Shown here one piece after another: positions 1 to 8,832 of a DNA stretch of 24,000 nt. The position numbers and the translations under genes were made by a program. The notes beneath the pieces are model-generated. The model searched no databases, was not told the DNA's origin, and saw nothing but the letters and a program-made list of their open reading frames with translations. This stretch comes from Lachnospiraceae bacterium 46-15 (GTDB lineage: Bacteria; Bacillota; Clostridia; Lachnospirales; Lachnospiraceae). The stretch's first letter is position 1; each line of letters begins with the position of its first letter. The DNA lies in contig JBCLQO010000009.1 of the NCBI GenBank assembly GCA_041223665.1, forward strand, positions 61,595 through 85,594, given 5' to 3'.

Positions 1-469
1 CTTCTGTGCTTCGAAAACCGTATTCTGCAAGAAGAACAGGAAGCTGTGCCTGTGTACCGATGGTAGGGCCGAGAGGCTCAGAATAGAGCGCGTAATCCTT
101 GCCCTGTTGCTGTACATCCAGATAAGAAGACAGGATGTCGTAGGTTAGTTTGTTTTTGTCAGAAAGGCTCTTGCGGGATATCTGGGACAGAGAATTCCGG
201 TAATTTTCCAGTGTGGAAATTCCCTGAGCCAGCGAATCCGGCGCAGCGTCTCCCAAAGTAATGGGATAATCTTCGATACCGAAAGACTTCGGATTCGAGA
301 GGGTGTAATGAAGGTTCAGGGTATTGCCTGTGATTTCACTGCGGAACATTTCGCGGGTAAAGTCTGTGAACTCCTTGTTATCTTTGTAAAAGCGTATGGA
401 GAGCACAAGCAGCAGAGCCGCAGGAATCAGCAGGAGCCTGAGGATAAGAGAACGTTTGTCTTTAAGCAT
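1..469 (-). CDS. DUF885 family protein, N-terminal part (truncated by window edge)
   Basis: Reverse-strand reading frame from ATG at 469 (MLKDKRSLILRLL...) with N-terminal membrane/signal segment and ...GPTIGTQAQLPVLLAEYGFRSTE, a motif I recognise from DUF885 proteins; runs off the left edge. Confidence 0.75.
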   Translation of the reverse strand, partial: MLKDKRSLILRLLLIPAALLLVLSIRFYKDNKEFTDFTREMFRSEITGNTLNLHYTLSNPKSFGIEDYPITLGDAAPDSLAQGISTLENYRNSLSQISRKSLSDKNKLTYDILSSYLDVQQQGKDYALYSEPLGPTIGTQAQLPVLLAEYGFRSTE

Positions 470-662
470 AGGCTACCAACTATAATGTTTGTTTTTCTAT
501 AGGTATGCCGAGCAGTTGAAAGAAATGTGCTTTTATGGTAAAATAAGCAACTATGTGCAGAGATTATCACAGGCGGCAAAGGGACAGGGGTAGGAGAAAC
601 GCCTAAAAAGCCCTGATTTGATTGGAAAAAATTATAGAGCATTACCAAATTCTTAATTTTTA

Positions 663-690
663 TTTACAAAAGTAAAGAATGTGATATAAT
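663..690 (+). promoter_or_regulatory. candidate sigma-A promoter for murA
   Basis: TTTACA (663-668), 16-nt spacer, TATAAT (685-690). Confidence 0.5.
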
Positions 691-893
691 ATAGGCGAAC
701 GCAACGAATCAGGCGCCTGCAGAGCAGGTTTTTGGAATGGCTGAAAAAGTGTAAGGGGAGACACTATAAATACGGGAAACAATCTCCGGGAAGTTTGGGT
801 AGTATAAAATAAGGACAGCGGTTTTCTGCATTGACATGGAAGGAGAGGCATCATCTGGGCAGGGCTGTTGCGAGCATGAATTTGAGGTGTACT

Positions 894-2186
894 ATGGAAC
901 AGTATATAATAAGGGGTGGAAACCCATTAGTCGGCGAGGTGGAGATTGGCGGTGCTAAGAATGCAGCGCTGGGGATTTTGGCAGCAGCCATTATGACAGA
1001 CGAGACGGTAATACTGGAGAATCTTCCGGAGGTGCAGGATATTAAGGTTCTGCTGGAAGCGATCAGCGGAATTGGTGCGCGGGTGGATAAGATTGAAAAA
1101 GGAAAAGTGGCTATCAACGGTTCGATGATTGGAGATGTCAGCGTTGAGTATGAATATATAAAGAAAATCAGGGCTTCTTATTATCTGCTGGGAGCGCTGC
1201 TGGGAAAATATAAAAAGGCAGAGGTGCCGCTTCCGGGCGGATGCAATATCGGCAGCCGGCCGATTGATTTGCATCTGAAAGGATTTAAGGCTCTTGGTGC
1301 GGAGGTCCGCATTCAGAATGGTTCAATTGTGGCGCAGGCTGAGAGACTGCACGGCAGCCATATTTTCCTGGACACTGTTTCAGTAGGGGCGACCATCAAT
1401 ATCATGATGGCTGCGTCCATGGCAGAAGGGCGTACGATTATTGAAAATGCGGCAAGGGAACCACATGTGGTAGACGTGGCGAACTTCTTGAACAGCATGG
1501 GAGCAAATATCAAAGGCGCAGGAACAGATGTTATTCGTATCCGAGGCGTTGAGAAGCTTCACAAGACGGAATATTCTATTATTCCGGATCAGATAGAAGC
1601 CGGAACTTTTATGTTTGCGGCAGCGGCTACAAAGGGCGATGTGATGGTGAAGAACGTGATACCGAAGCATTTGGAAGCCACTACAGCGAAGCTGGAAGAG
1701 ATAGGGTGCGAAGTAGAGGAATTTGACGATGCAGTCCGTGTAGTGGCATCAAAGCGTTTGCTGAATACCCATGTAAAGACGCAGCCTTATCCCGGCTATC
1801 CTACGGATATGCAGCCGCAGATTGGCGTGGCGCTTTCTCTGGCATCGGGAACAAGTATTGTGACAGAGAGTATTTTTGAAAACCGTTTTAAATATGTTGC
1901 TGAGCTTGTCCGGATGGGAGCTATGGTAAAGGTTGAGGGAAATACAGCGATTATTACAGGAGTAGATAAGCTCACAGGGGCGCAGGTCAGTGCACCGGAT
2001 CTCAGAGCCGGAGCCGCGCTTGTGATTGCGGGGCTGGCAGCAGAAGGAATCACGATTGTAGACGATATCGTGTATATCCAGCGGGGATATGAGAATTTTG
2101 ATGCAAAGCTGCGTGGGCTGGGGGCAGAGATTGAAAAAGTAACCAGCGAGAAAGAAATTCAGAAATTTAAATTCAAGGTAGTATAA
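894..2186 (+). CDS. murA: UDP-N-acetylglucosamine 1-carboxyvinyltransferase
   Basis: MEQYIIRGGNPLVGEVEIGGAKNAALGILAA... full-length EPSP-synthase-like family; the ORF track extends it upstream to 831, but the conserved start is at 894. Confidence 0.95.
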   Translation: MEQYIIRGGNPLVGEVEIGGAKNAALGILAAAIMTDETVILENLPEVQDIKVLLEAISGIGARVDKIEKGKVAINGSMIGDVSVEYEYIKKIRASYYLLGALLGKYKKAEVPLPGGCNIGSRPIDLHLKGFKALGAEVRIQNGSIVAQAERLHGSHIFLDTVSVGATINIMMAASMAEGRTIIENAAREPHVVDVANFLNSMGANIKGAGTDVIRIRGVEKLHKTEYSIIPDQIEAGTFMFAAAATKGDVMVKNVIPKHLEATTAKLEEIGCEVEEFDDAVRVVASKRLLNTHVKTQPYPGYPTDMQPQIGVALSLASGTSIVTESIFENRFKYVAELVRMGAMVKVEGNTAIITGVDKLTGAQVSAPDLRAGAALVIAGLAAEGITIVDDIVYIQRGYENFDAKLRGLGAEIEKVTSEKEIQKFKFKVV

Positions 2187-2572
2187 TTTGTGGAGGCGGG
2201 TAAAATCGTACAGATTTACCCGCTTCCATTCTATTTTATATCGTTGCAGGCAGGCTTAAGAATTTTTATGAACATAAGAAATTTCGACAGACAGTGTATG
2301 AACCTGTTCAGGAAGCGGCTTTTGAAGAAAGATTTCTGCCCGCAGAATATGCGGTTTCATAGGAAGCAGACGTTTCTTACCCTCTTAAAGTAGAACATGA
2401 ATCTCCCTGTTTCGATGGGGCTCATGGAAGAAAATGCCCGAAAAACCGAGGTTTTCAGGCTATTTTTGTCGGACGATTTTACTTTGCAAATGGAAAATCT
2501 GAGGCTATAATGGCGGTGAAAAAAGCAAAGCGGCCCGGTTTTGCGGGCAGCGGCAAAAAAGGGGGAAGATAT

Positions 2573-3379
2573 ATGTTATTAGAAATCATGCAGCAAAACG
2601 TTTTACTCTACGGAATAGCGGTTCTGGGTATCTGGGGGGTAGCCAGCCAGATTATCCTGCGGATCGTATATGATAAGCTTATCCACGATATGGAAAAACC
2701 GGCGTTTGCCAAGGGGAAATATGTAAAGCATCTGAAACAGAAATACAATGTCTATAAACGGATGCAGGCGGGAGCCGATAATGTGAATACTTTTATTCAG
2801 AAAAGTTTAATGGAATATAAATTTTTAGGTATGAACCTGCATACCTGGAGGCGGATGGGAGGCGCGGTATTTGTGCTGTGTGCAGTTGTGGGGGCCGTGG
2901 GATGGTATTTTGCCGGAACCCTGCAGCTGGCAGAGGAGATAAGGCAGAATTATTTGTGGGCGGTATTGGCTTCAGCGCTTTTAATTGCGGGGGCGTACGG
3001 AGTTACGGATACGGGATATCGGAGAAAGTATCTGGAAACCGGACTCCGAAGCCTGTTTTCCGGCAGCAGCACGCAGACAGTACAGACGGTAGATTTGCCG
3101 GAGCAGCGTACAGAGTCTGCAAAAGAGACAGTGAAAGCGGAGAAAAAGCCTTTCCCAATAAGAGCTTCTGCGGAGAAAAAGAAACGGGGAAAATCTATGG
3201 AGACAAAAGCCCAGAGGGACAAGCGTGAATTAAAAGAAAATCTGGCGAAACTTAAGGAGGGAACTGCGGAGACTGCGGCGGCCGAGGGAAGCCGGAAGAG
3301 GAATACGGAAATTTTACAGCAGATGGACCCGGCAGAACAGGAAAGAGTTATTCGGGAGGTACTGAAAGAATTTCTGTGA
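2573..3379 (+). CDS. conserved hypothetical membrane protein with Lys/Glu-rich C-terminal region
   Basis: ORF 2510-3379; likely start ATG 2573 behind GGGGGAAG. N-terminal TM segment, central hydrophobic segments, charged coiled-coil-like C-terminus. Confidence 0.6.
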   Translation: MLLEIMQQNVLLYGIAVLGIWGVASQIILRIVYDKLIHDMEKPAFAKGKYVKHLKQKYNVYKRMQAGADNVNTFIQKSLMEYKFLGMNLHTWRRMGGAVFVLCAVVGAVGWYFAGTLQLAEEIRQNYLWAVLASALLIAGAYGVTDTGYRRKYLETGLRSLFSGSSTQTVQTVDLPEQRTESAKETVKAEKKPFPIRASAEKKKRGKSMETKAQRDKRELKENLAKLKEGTAETAAAEGSRKRNTEILQQMDPAEQERVIREVLKEFL

Positions 3380-3479
3380 TTACGTCTTGATAATGTGATA
3401 TAAGTTTGCTAGAATGAGGGATGAATACAGGCAGATTTTAGGCTGCCGGTAAAAAGAACAAAAAAGAGGAGTGTTTGAA

Positions 3480-4829
3480 ATGGCAGAGAAAATTACATTT
3501 GACTATTCAAAGGCAATAGGTTTTATCGGTGAGAATGAGATAGCGCCGATGGAAAAACTGGTACAGGATGCCAAAGAAGTCCTGGTAAGCAGGACAGGAG
3601 CAGGAAATGATTTCCTGGGATGGATTGATTTGCCTGTAGATTATGATAAAGAAGAGTTTGGCAGGATTCAGAAAGCTGCTGAAAAAATTAAATCGGACAG
3701 TGAGGTGCTGGTGGTAATCGGCATTGGCGGCTCCTATCTGGGAGCAAGGGCAGCAATTGAATTCCTTCGTCACGGCTTTTACAATATGGTTTCGAAAGAA
3801 ATCCGCAAGACGCCGGAAATCTACTTTGTAGGAAACAGCATCAGCAGCACGTATTTAGCACAGCTAATTGATGTCATCGGGGACAGAGATTATTCTGTTA
3901 ATATCATATCAAAGTCGGGAACTACCACGGAACCGGCGATTGCTTTCCGTATCTTCAAGGACATGCTGGAGAAGAAATATGGAAAAGAAGAGGCAGCAAA
4001 GAGAATCTATGCGACTACCGATAAGGCAAGAGGAGCCTTAAAGAATCTGGCGACAGAGGAAGGCTATGAAAGTTTTGTAGTGCCGGACGATGTAGGCGGA
4101 AGATTTTCCGTACTGACCGCAGTAGGGCTTCTTCCAATCGCAGTCAGCGGGGCTGACATCACGAAGCTTATGGAAGGCGCGGCAGCCGGGAGAAAACGTG
4201 CCATGGAAGCTGACTTTGCAGAAAATGACGCATTAAAGTATGCGGCAGTCCGTAACATCCTGCTCAGAAAAGGGAAATTAGTTGAGATATTGGCGAACTA
4301 TGAGCCGAGCCTGCACTATGTATCCGAGTGGTGGAAACAGTTATACGGTGAGTCCGAAGGAAAAGATCAGAAGGGTATTTTCCCTGCATCTGTAGACCTT
4401 ACTACAGACCTTCATTCTATGGGACAGTTCATTCAGGACGGAAGCCGTATTATGTTTGAGACCGTAATGAACGTGGAAAAACCACGGTGTGAACTGGTTA
4501 TCGGTGAGGAGCCGTCAGATTTGGATGGCCTGAATTATCTGGCAGGAAAAACGGTTGATTTTGTAAACAAGAGTGCTATGAACGGAACCATTCTTGCACA
4601 TACGGATGGAAACGTGCCGAACCTGGTCGTAAACATCCCGGAACAGAATGAGTACTATTTAGGTGAGCTGTTCTATTTCTTCGAGTTTGCCTGCGGTGTC
4701 AGCGGATATCTCCTGGGTGTGAATCCGTTTAACCAGCCGGGAGTTGAGAGTTATAAGAGAAATATGTTTGCCTTGCTTGGGAAGCCGGGTTATGAGGCAG
4801 AGAGAGAAGAGCTGTTAAAGAGATTATAG
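3480..4829 (+). CDS. pgi: glucose-6-phosphate isomerase
   Basis: [51 protein letters not shown] motifs; ATG at 3480 after AGAGGAG. Confidence 0.97.
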   Translation: MAEKITFDYSKAIGFIGENEIAPMEKLVQDAKEVLVSRTGAGNDFLGWIDLPVDYDKEEFGRIQKAAEKIKSDSEVLVVIGIGGSYLGARAAIEFLRHGFYNMVSKEIRKTPEIYFVGNSISSTYLAQLIDVIGDRDYSVNIISKSGTTTEPAIAFRIFKDMLEKKYGKEEAAKRIYATTDKARGALKNLATEEGYESFVVPDDVGGRFSVLTAVGLLPIAVSGADITKLMEGAAAGRKRAMEADFAENDALKYAAVRNILLRKGKLVEILANYEPSLHYVSEWWKQLYGESEGKDQKGIFPASVDLTTDLHSMGQFIQDGSRIMFETVMNVEKPRCELVIGEEPSDLDGLNYLAGKTVDFVNKSAMNGTILAHTDGNVPNLVVNIPEQNEYYLGELFYFFEFACGVSGYLLGVNPFNQPGVESYKRNMFALLGKPGYEAEREELLKRL

Positions 4830-4841
4830 GGAAATTGAAAG

Positions 4842-4877
4842 AGGGAGACAGTCCGCAAGGAAACTGTCTCCCTTGTT
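4842..4877 (+). terminator. intrinsic terminator downstream of pgi
   Basis: GGGAGACAGT (4843-4852) / ACTGTCTCCC (4863-4872) perfect 10-bp stem followed by TTGTT. Confidence 0.7.
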
Positions 4878-4912
4878 ATGGGGAAGAAAAAAGCCAAGGT
4901 AAAAAATGTAGT

Positions 4913-5524
4913 TCAAAGCAGTTCCTGGCGAAAACTGCTTTCTTCAACACCCGGAAGCAAAGTATAAATAGAACAGCCAATTTTCTTTTCGAATAATTGC
5001 TTTATCTCCAGTATTTTCTTCCACCTATCCACTGTGGCCGGGTGAATGCCATACCGGATAGTTACGTCTACAAATCTTTTTTCTAAAAGGCAAAAGCCTG
5101 TTGGCATAGCCAAAGCGTCACACAGCTGTACTAAGCGGTCATAATCGTCATAAACGGCATTTGCAACAAATTCCTTCATAAACAGGTAATCATCGTCACC
5201 TACATCAAACTTACCAATAGAAGTGTTAATATCCTGTATCATGAACGCATGGGAAATGCATATTTGCGCCGCTTTTTCCCATCCTCGCTCCATGCAATAA
5301 CGATAACCGTCTATCAGGTGTTTTTCTGAACTTACTCCGGCGTAGCGTCCAATGTCGTGCAGCAATCCTAAAACATATGCTTTGTCTGCGGACAGATGTT
5401 TACAGTGGGCGGCTATATTTTGGCACGCTTCTGCTACATAGCGGGAATGAGCTTCCCATGGCCCCGGATTGGATTCAGATGCTTTTTTAAGTGCCTGTTC
5501 TGCAAGTTGTCTGTTTGGTTCCAT
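4913..5524 (-). CDS. HD-domain (HDIG) phosphohydrolase-like protein
   Basis: AYVLGLLHDIGRYAG... HDIG motif with upstream His and downstream ISHAF. Confidence 0.8.
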   Translation of the reverse strand: MEPNRQLAEQALKKASESNPGPWEAHSRYVAEACQNIAAHCKHLSADKAYVLGLLHDIGRYAGVSSEKHLIDGYRYCMERGWEKAAQICISHAFMIQDINTSIGKFDVGDDDYLFMKEFVANAVYDDYDRLVQLCDALAMPTGFCLLEKRFVDVTIRYGIHPATVDRWKKILEIKQLFEKKIGCSIYTLLPGVEESSFRQELL

Positions 5525-5728
5525 TTTTTCTCCCCCCTAATATGAAATAATCGGTAAATTTCTTTTCGATTATCATTATAGTGCGGTTTTTACCTTATAT
5601 GCTTATCATACGATGTTGAGTTTATAAATTTAATATACGGAATAGGGGCGGAAGTGTCAATCTAATATCAGCTGTTTATAGAAAAAAGGCGTTCACATAG
5701 GTATGTGCAAAGATTTTTTCAAAAAGTG

Positions 5729-5757
5729 ATTGACAAAACTGTATCGACTGTATATAC
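5729..5757 (+). promoter_or_regulatory. promoter of GntR-ABC operon
   Basis: TTGACA (5729-5734), 17-nt spacer, TATACT (5752-5757). Confidence 0.7.
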
Positions 5758-5769
5758 TGTTCATATACA
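5747..5769. promoter_or_regulatory. candidate operator palindrome overlapping the -10
   Basis: CTGTATAT (5747-5754) - 7 nt - ATATACAG (5762-5769). Confidence 0.5.
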
Positions 5770-5789
5770 GATAGGGGAAGGAAGAGCAG

Positions 5790-6161
5790 ATGAATATTTT
5801 TATTGACAATAAACGGGGTGCGCCGATTTACGATCAGATTTATTCTCAGATTAAAGCACAGATAATAAATGGAGTACTCAGGGAAGATGAGGCGCTTCCA
5901 TCTATTCGGAATCTGGCGAAGGATTTGCGTATCAGCGTGATTACCACGAAGCGGGCATATGATGAGCTGGAAAGGGAAGGATTTATCTATACACTTCCCG
6001 CAAAGGGGTGTTTTGTAGCTCCGAAGAATGTGGAACTGCTTCGTGAGGAGAGCTTGAAAAGAATAGAAGAATATATGCAGAAAATTGTGCAGCTTGCGGC
6101 ATCCTGTAGTCTGAGCAAAGAAGAGGTTGTTGAAATGTTTATGATTAACTGGGAGGAATAG
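5790..6161 (+). CDS. GntR family transcriptional regulator, YtrA-like
   Basis: GAPIYDQIYSQIKAQIINGVLREDEALPSIRNLAKDLRISVITTKRAYDELEREGFIYTLPAKGCFV wHTH, short C-terminus, directly upstream of ABC genes. Confidence 0.92.
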   Translation: MNIFIDNKRGAPIYDQIYSQIKAQIINGVLREDEALPSIRNLAKDLRISVITTKRAYDELEREGFIYTLPAKGCFVAPKNVELLREESLKRIEEYMQKIVQLAASCSLSKEEVVEMFMINWEE

Positions 6162-6164
6162 AGA

Positions 6165-7007
6165 ATGAATGCATTAGAAATCAAGGGACTGACAAAAGCA
6201 TACAGGGATTTCCGCCTGGATTCTCTGAATCTGGTACTGCCGAGCGGATGCATCATGGGGCTTATCGGGGAAAATGGGGCAGGAAAAAGTACGACGATTA
6301 AGTTGATTTTGAATACAATCCGGCGGGATGCAGGCACGATTACCATTTTGGGACAGGACAACAGGAAAAATGTGCAGTTGATGAAAGAGGATGTAGGTAT
6401 CGTACTGGATGAAGTGGGATTTCCTGAGTGCCTGACCGGGAAACAGGTGGGAAAAATTATGAGGAATACTTACAGGAATTGGGACAATAAGACATATGAA
6501 GATTATCTTAGGAAATTTTCTGTTCCGATGAACAAAGAGTTTAAGGATTTCTCAAGGGGAATGAAGATGAAGCTTGGGATAGCAGTGGCTATGTCCCATG
6601 ATCCGAAGCTTCTGATTCTGGATGAGGCGACCAGCGGCCTTGACCCGGTAGTGCGTGACGAGGTGGTGGAGATGTTGAATGAATTCACCAGAGATGAGGG
6701 ACATTCTATTCTGATTTCTTCCCATATCGTGAGTGATTTAGAGAAGCTCTGCGACTATATTGCATTTTTGCATAAAGGGAAGCTGCTGCTCTGTGAAGAA
6801 AAGGATGTTCTTTTGGAAGAGTTTGGGATTATCCACTGTGCTTCAGAGACTTTAAGAGAACTGGATGCATCGGCGGTAAAGGGAAAGAAGGAGACGGCAT
6901 ATGGGGCAGAGGCGATTGTAAAACGTGATGCGGTGCCTGCAGGAATGGATATCAGTCCAATAGGCATAGAAGAGCTGTTTGTGTTTATGGTGAAGGAGGG
7001 GAAATGA
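6165..7007 (+). CDS. ABC transporter ATP-binding protein
   Basis: Walker A GENGAGKST, signature-like region FSRGMKMKLGIAVAMSHDPKLLILDEATSGLDP. Confidence 0.95.
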   Translation: MNALEIKGLTKAYRDFRLDSLNLVLPSGCIMGLIGENGAGKSTTIKLILNTIRRDAGTITILGQDNRKNVQLMKEDVGIVLDEVGFPECLTGKQVGKIMRNTYRNWDNKTYEDYLRKFSVPMNKEFKDFSRGMKMKLGIAVAMSHDPKLLILDEATSGLDPVVRDEVVEMLNEFTRDEGHSILISSHIVSDLEKLCDYIAFLHKGKLLLCEEKDVLLEEFGIIHCASETLRELDASAVKGKKETAYGAEAIVKRDAVPAGMDISPIGIEELFVFMVKEGK

Positions 7008-7642
7008 TTATGAAAGGACTGCTTCTAAAAGAGTCTTATATGATAAATAAATATTGCCGTATGTACCTGGTGCTGGTATGTGTGTTTGCGGTTATTTTCG
7101 TGATGTCAGGAAATGAATTTATGATGTTTTATCCGGTGGTGCTTACAGGAATCCTGCCAATGAGCCTGGTTTCCTATGATGAGAGAAGCAAATGGTGCGT
7201 ATATGCAGATGCGTTCCCTTATACTCGAAAGCAGATTGTTTCGGCAAAATATCTGATTACGCTGTTCTATCTGTTGGCAGCAGTTGTTATACTCGCGGCG
7301 GCGGGGGCGGTAAAGAGCAGTCTGTTTCCAGACGGCGGAATGGATATGAAGGGATATCTTTTCAGTATTAGCATGATTCCGGTGGCTGGTCTTTTTATAC
7401 CAAGCATTATGCTGCCCCCAGTGTTTAAGCTGGGCGTTGAGAAAGGGCGTATTGTTTACTATGCCGAGATTTTTGCGGTAGCCTTGATTTTCGGTATTTT
7501 TACGGAGTTCCAGACAGAACTTGCACAGTGGCTTGCGCATTTTGGAAGACTGATAGTACCCATAGCCCTTGCAGGGATGATGTTGCTGTTTGGGATGTCT
7601 TGGATACTGTCTGTGAAGTTTTATGAAAGCCGGGAGTTGTAG
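7004..7642 (+). CDS. ABC-2 type transporter permease
   Basis: Overlaps the preceding ATPase by 4 nt; multiple hydrophobic segments, ABC-2 permease-like. Confidence 0.85.
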   Translation: MIMKGLLLKESYMINKYCRMYLVLVCVFAVIFVMSGNEFMMFYPVVLTGILPMSLVSYDERSKWCVYADAFPYTRKQIVSAKYLITLFYLLAAVVILAAAGAVKSSLFPDGGMDMKGYLFSISMIPVAGLFIPSIMLPPVFKLGVEKGRIVYYAEIFAVALIFGIFTEFQTELAQWLAHFGRLIVPIALAGMMLLFGMSWILSVKFYESREL

Positions 7643-7728
7643 AAGGTGCAGGCTGTTCATTCCCGCGAGAGATGAGTCAGGCAGCGTATCTGTGCGGATA
7701 TTTTGCGACTGTTGCGAGAGCCTTTATA

Positions 7729-7748
7729 CCCCGCCGCTTGCGGCGGGG
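7729..7748. repeat. GC-rich hairpin CCCCGCCGCTTGCGGCGGGG
   Basis: Perfect inverted repeat; near-identical sequence occurs at 16875-16894 in the opposite orientation. Confidence 0.6.
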
Positions 7749-7751
7749 TTG

Positions 7752-7780
7752 TTGACTTTTTCATCGAATTTTGGTATAAG
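7752..7780 (+). promoter_or_regulatory. candidate promoter for the DUF554 gene
   Basis: TTGACT (7752-7757), 17-nt spacer, TATAAG (7775-7780). Confidence 0.55.
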
Positions 7781-7815
7781 TTTCAAGGTAATTACTGAAG
7801 GAATGAGGGAAGAAA

Positions 7816-8532
7816 ATGACAGGGCTTGGGACGTTAATAAATGTAGCGGGTATTCTTTTTGGTGGGTTTGGCGGTATGATTTTCGGGAAACTGATCAGTG
7901 AGAGGTATCAGGATACCCTGATGAAAGCGGTGGGAGTGTGCGTGCTGTTTGTAGGCATTGGGGGCGCCATGGAAAAGATGCTTAAAGTCAGTCAGGATGG
8001 ACTTTCCGGCAGCGGAACGATGATGATGATTGGAAGCTTTGCCATAGGTTCTCTGGCAGGAGAATGGCTGGATATTGAGCGGCGGCTGGAGCAGTTTGGA
8101 GAATGGCTGAAAATAAGGACAGGAAATGGCGGTGACAATTCTTTTGTTAATGGCTTTGTTACTACTTCACTGGTTATCTGCGTGGGTGCAATGGCAATTG
8201 TAGGTGCGATTCAGGACGGCATTTTTGGAGATTATTCCATCCTCGCGTTAAAGGCAGTGCTGGATTTCCTGATTGTATTAGTGATGACGGCGTCCATAGG
8301 AAAGGGCTGTATCTTTGCGGCAATTCCGGTATTTTTGCTTCAGGGGGCAGTCACTCTGTTTGCCAGGATGATAGAGCCGTTTATGACAGAGCAGGCTCTG
8401 GACAACCTGACGCTGACAGGTTCGGTGTTGATTTTCTGTGTAGGGGTGAACCAGATTTGGGGAAAAATGATTAAAGTAGGGAATATGCTGCCAGCCATTC
8501 TGGTAGCGCTGGCATGGGCATTTGCGGCGTGA
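7816..8532 (+). CDS. DUF554 domain-containing membrane protein
   Basis: MTGLGTLINVAGILFGGFGGMIFGKLI... GGxMG-like multi-TM pattern typical of DUF554 (YdfK-like). Confidence 0.88.
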   Translation: MTGLGTLINVAGILFGGFGGMIFGKLISERYQDTLMKAVGVCVLFVGIGGAMEKMLKVSQDGLSGSGTMMMIGSFAIGSLAGEWLDIERRLEQFGEWLKIRTGNGGDNSFVNGFVTTSLVICVGAMAIVGAIQDGIFGDYSILALKAVLDFLIVLVMTASIGKGCIFAAIPVFLLQGAVTLFARMIEPFMTEQALDNLTLTGSVLIFCVGVNQIWGKMIKVGNMLPAILVALAWAFAA

Positions 8533-8599
8533 TGAATAGCCGTGAAATTTGAGACACTGTAAGGCTTTGAAAAAGATAAAGATAAATTCTACAAAGGTG

Positions 8600-8635
8600 A
8601 AAAAAGTTGCGGTTTGAAAGAGCCGCAGCTTTTTT
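8600..8635 (+). terminator. intrinsic terminator downstream of the DUF554 gene
   Basis: AAAAAAGTTGCGG ... CCGCAGCTTTTTT, 13-bp stem with one wobble. Confidence 0.75.
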
Positions 8636-8737
8636 GTTTCCTTGCTCAAGAAAGATGAGGCGCCCGCATACATAAGAAAACTTCTTCCTTGATGAACCTT
8701 TGCAGAAATATTAAGAGTTAAAAAATGTGAAATAAGA

Positions 8738-8767
8738 TTGCAATAGATTATCGGCAAAAGATATGAT
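8738..8767 (+). promoter_or_regulatory. candidate promoter for the rdrA-rdrB cassette
   Basis: TTGCAA (8738-8743), 18-nt spacer, TATGAT (8762-8767). Confidence 0.4.
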
Positions 8768-8832
8768 AAAATGACTTTAAGCTTTATTTAAAAACAAAGA
8801 AAATATTTTTTTGCTACAAACAAACGGAAAGG

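Noticed and set aside
2878-3228. 116-aa plus ORF inside the membrane protein gene
   Set aside because: Out-of-frame shadow of ORF 2573-3379.
7623-7901. 92-aa ORF spanning the end of the ABC permease and start of the DUF554 gene
   Set aside because: Runs through the 7729 hairpin and a promoter, overlaps two supported genes, no family resemblance.
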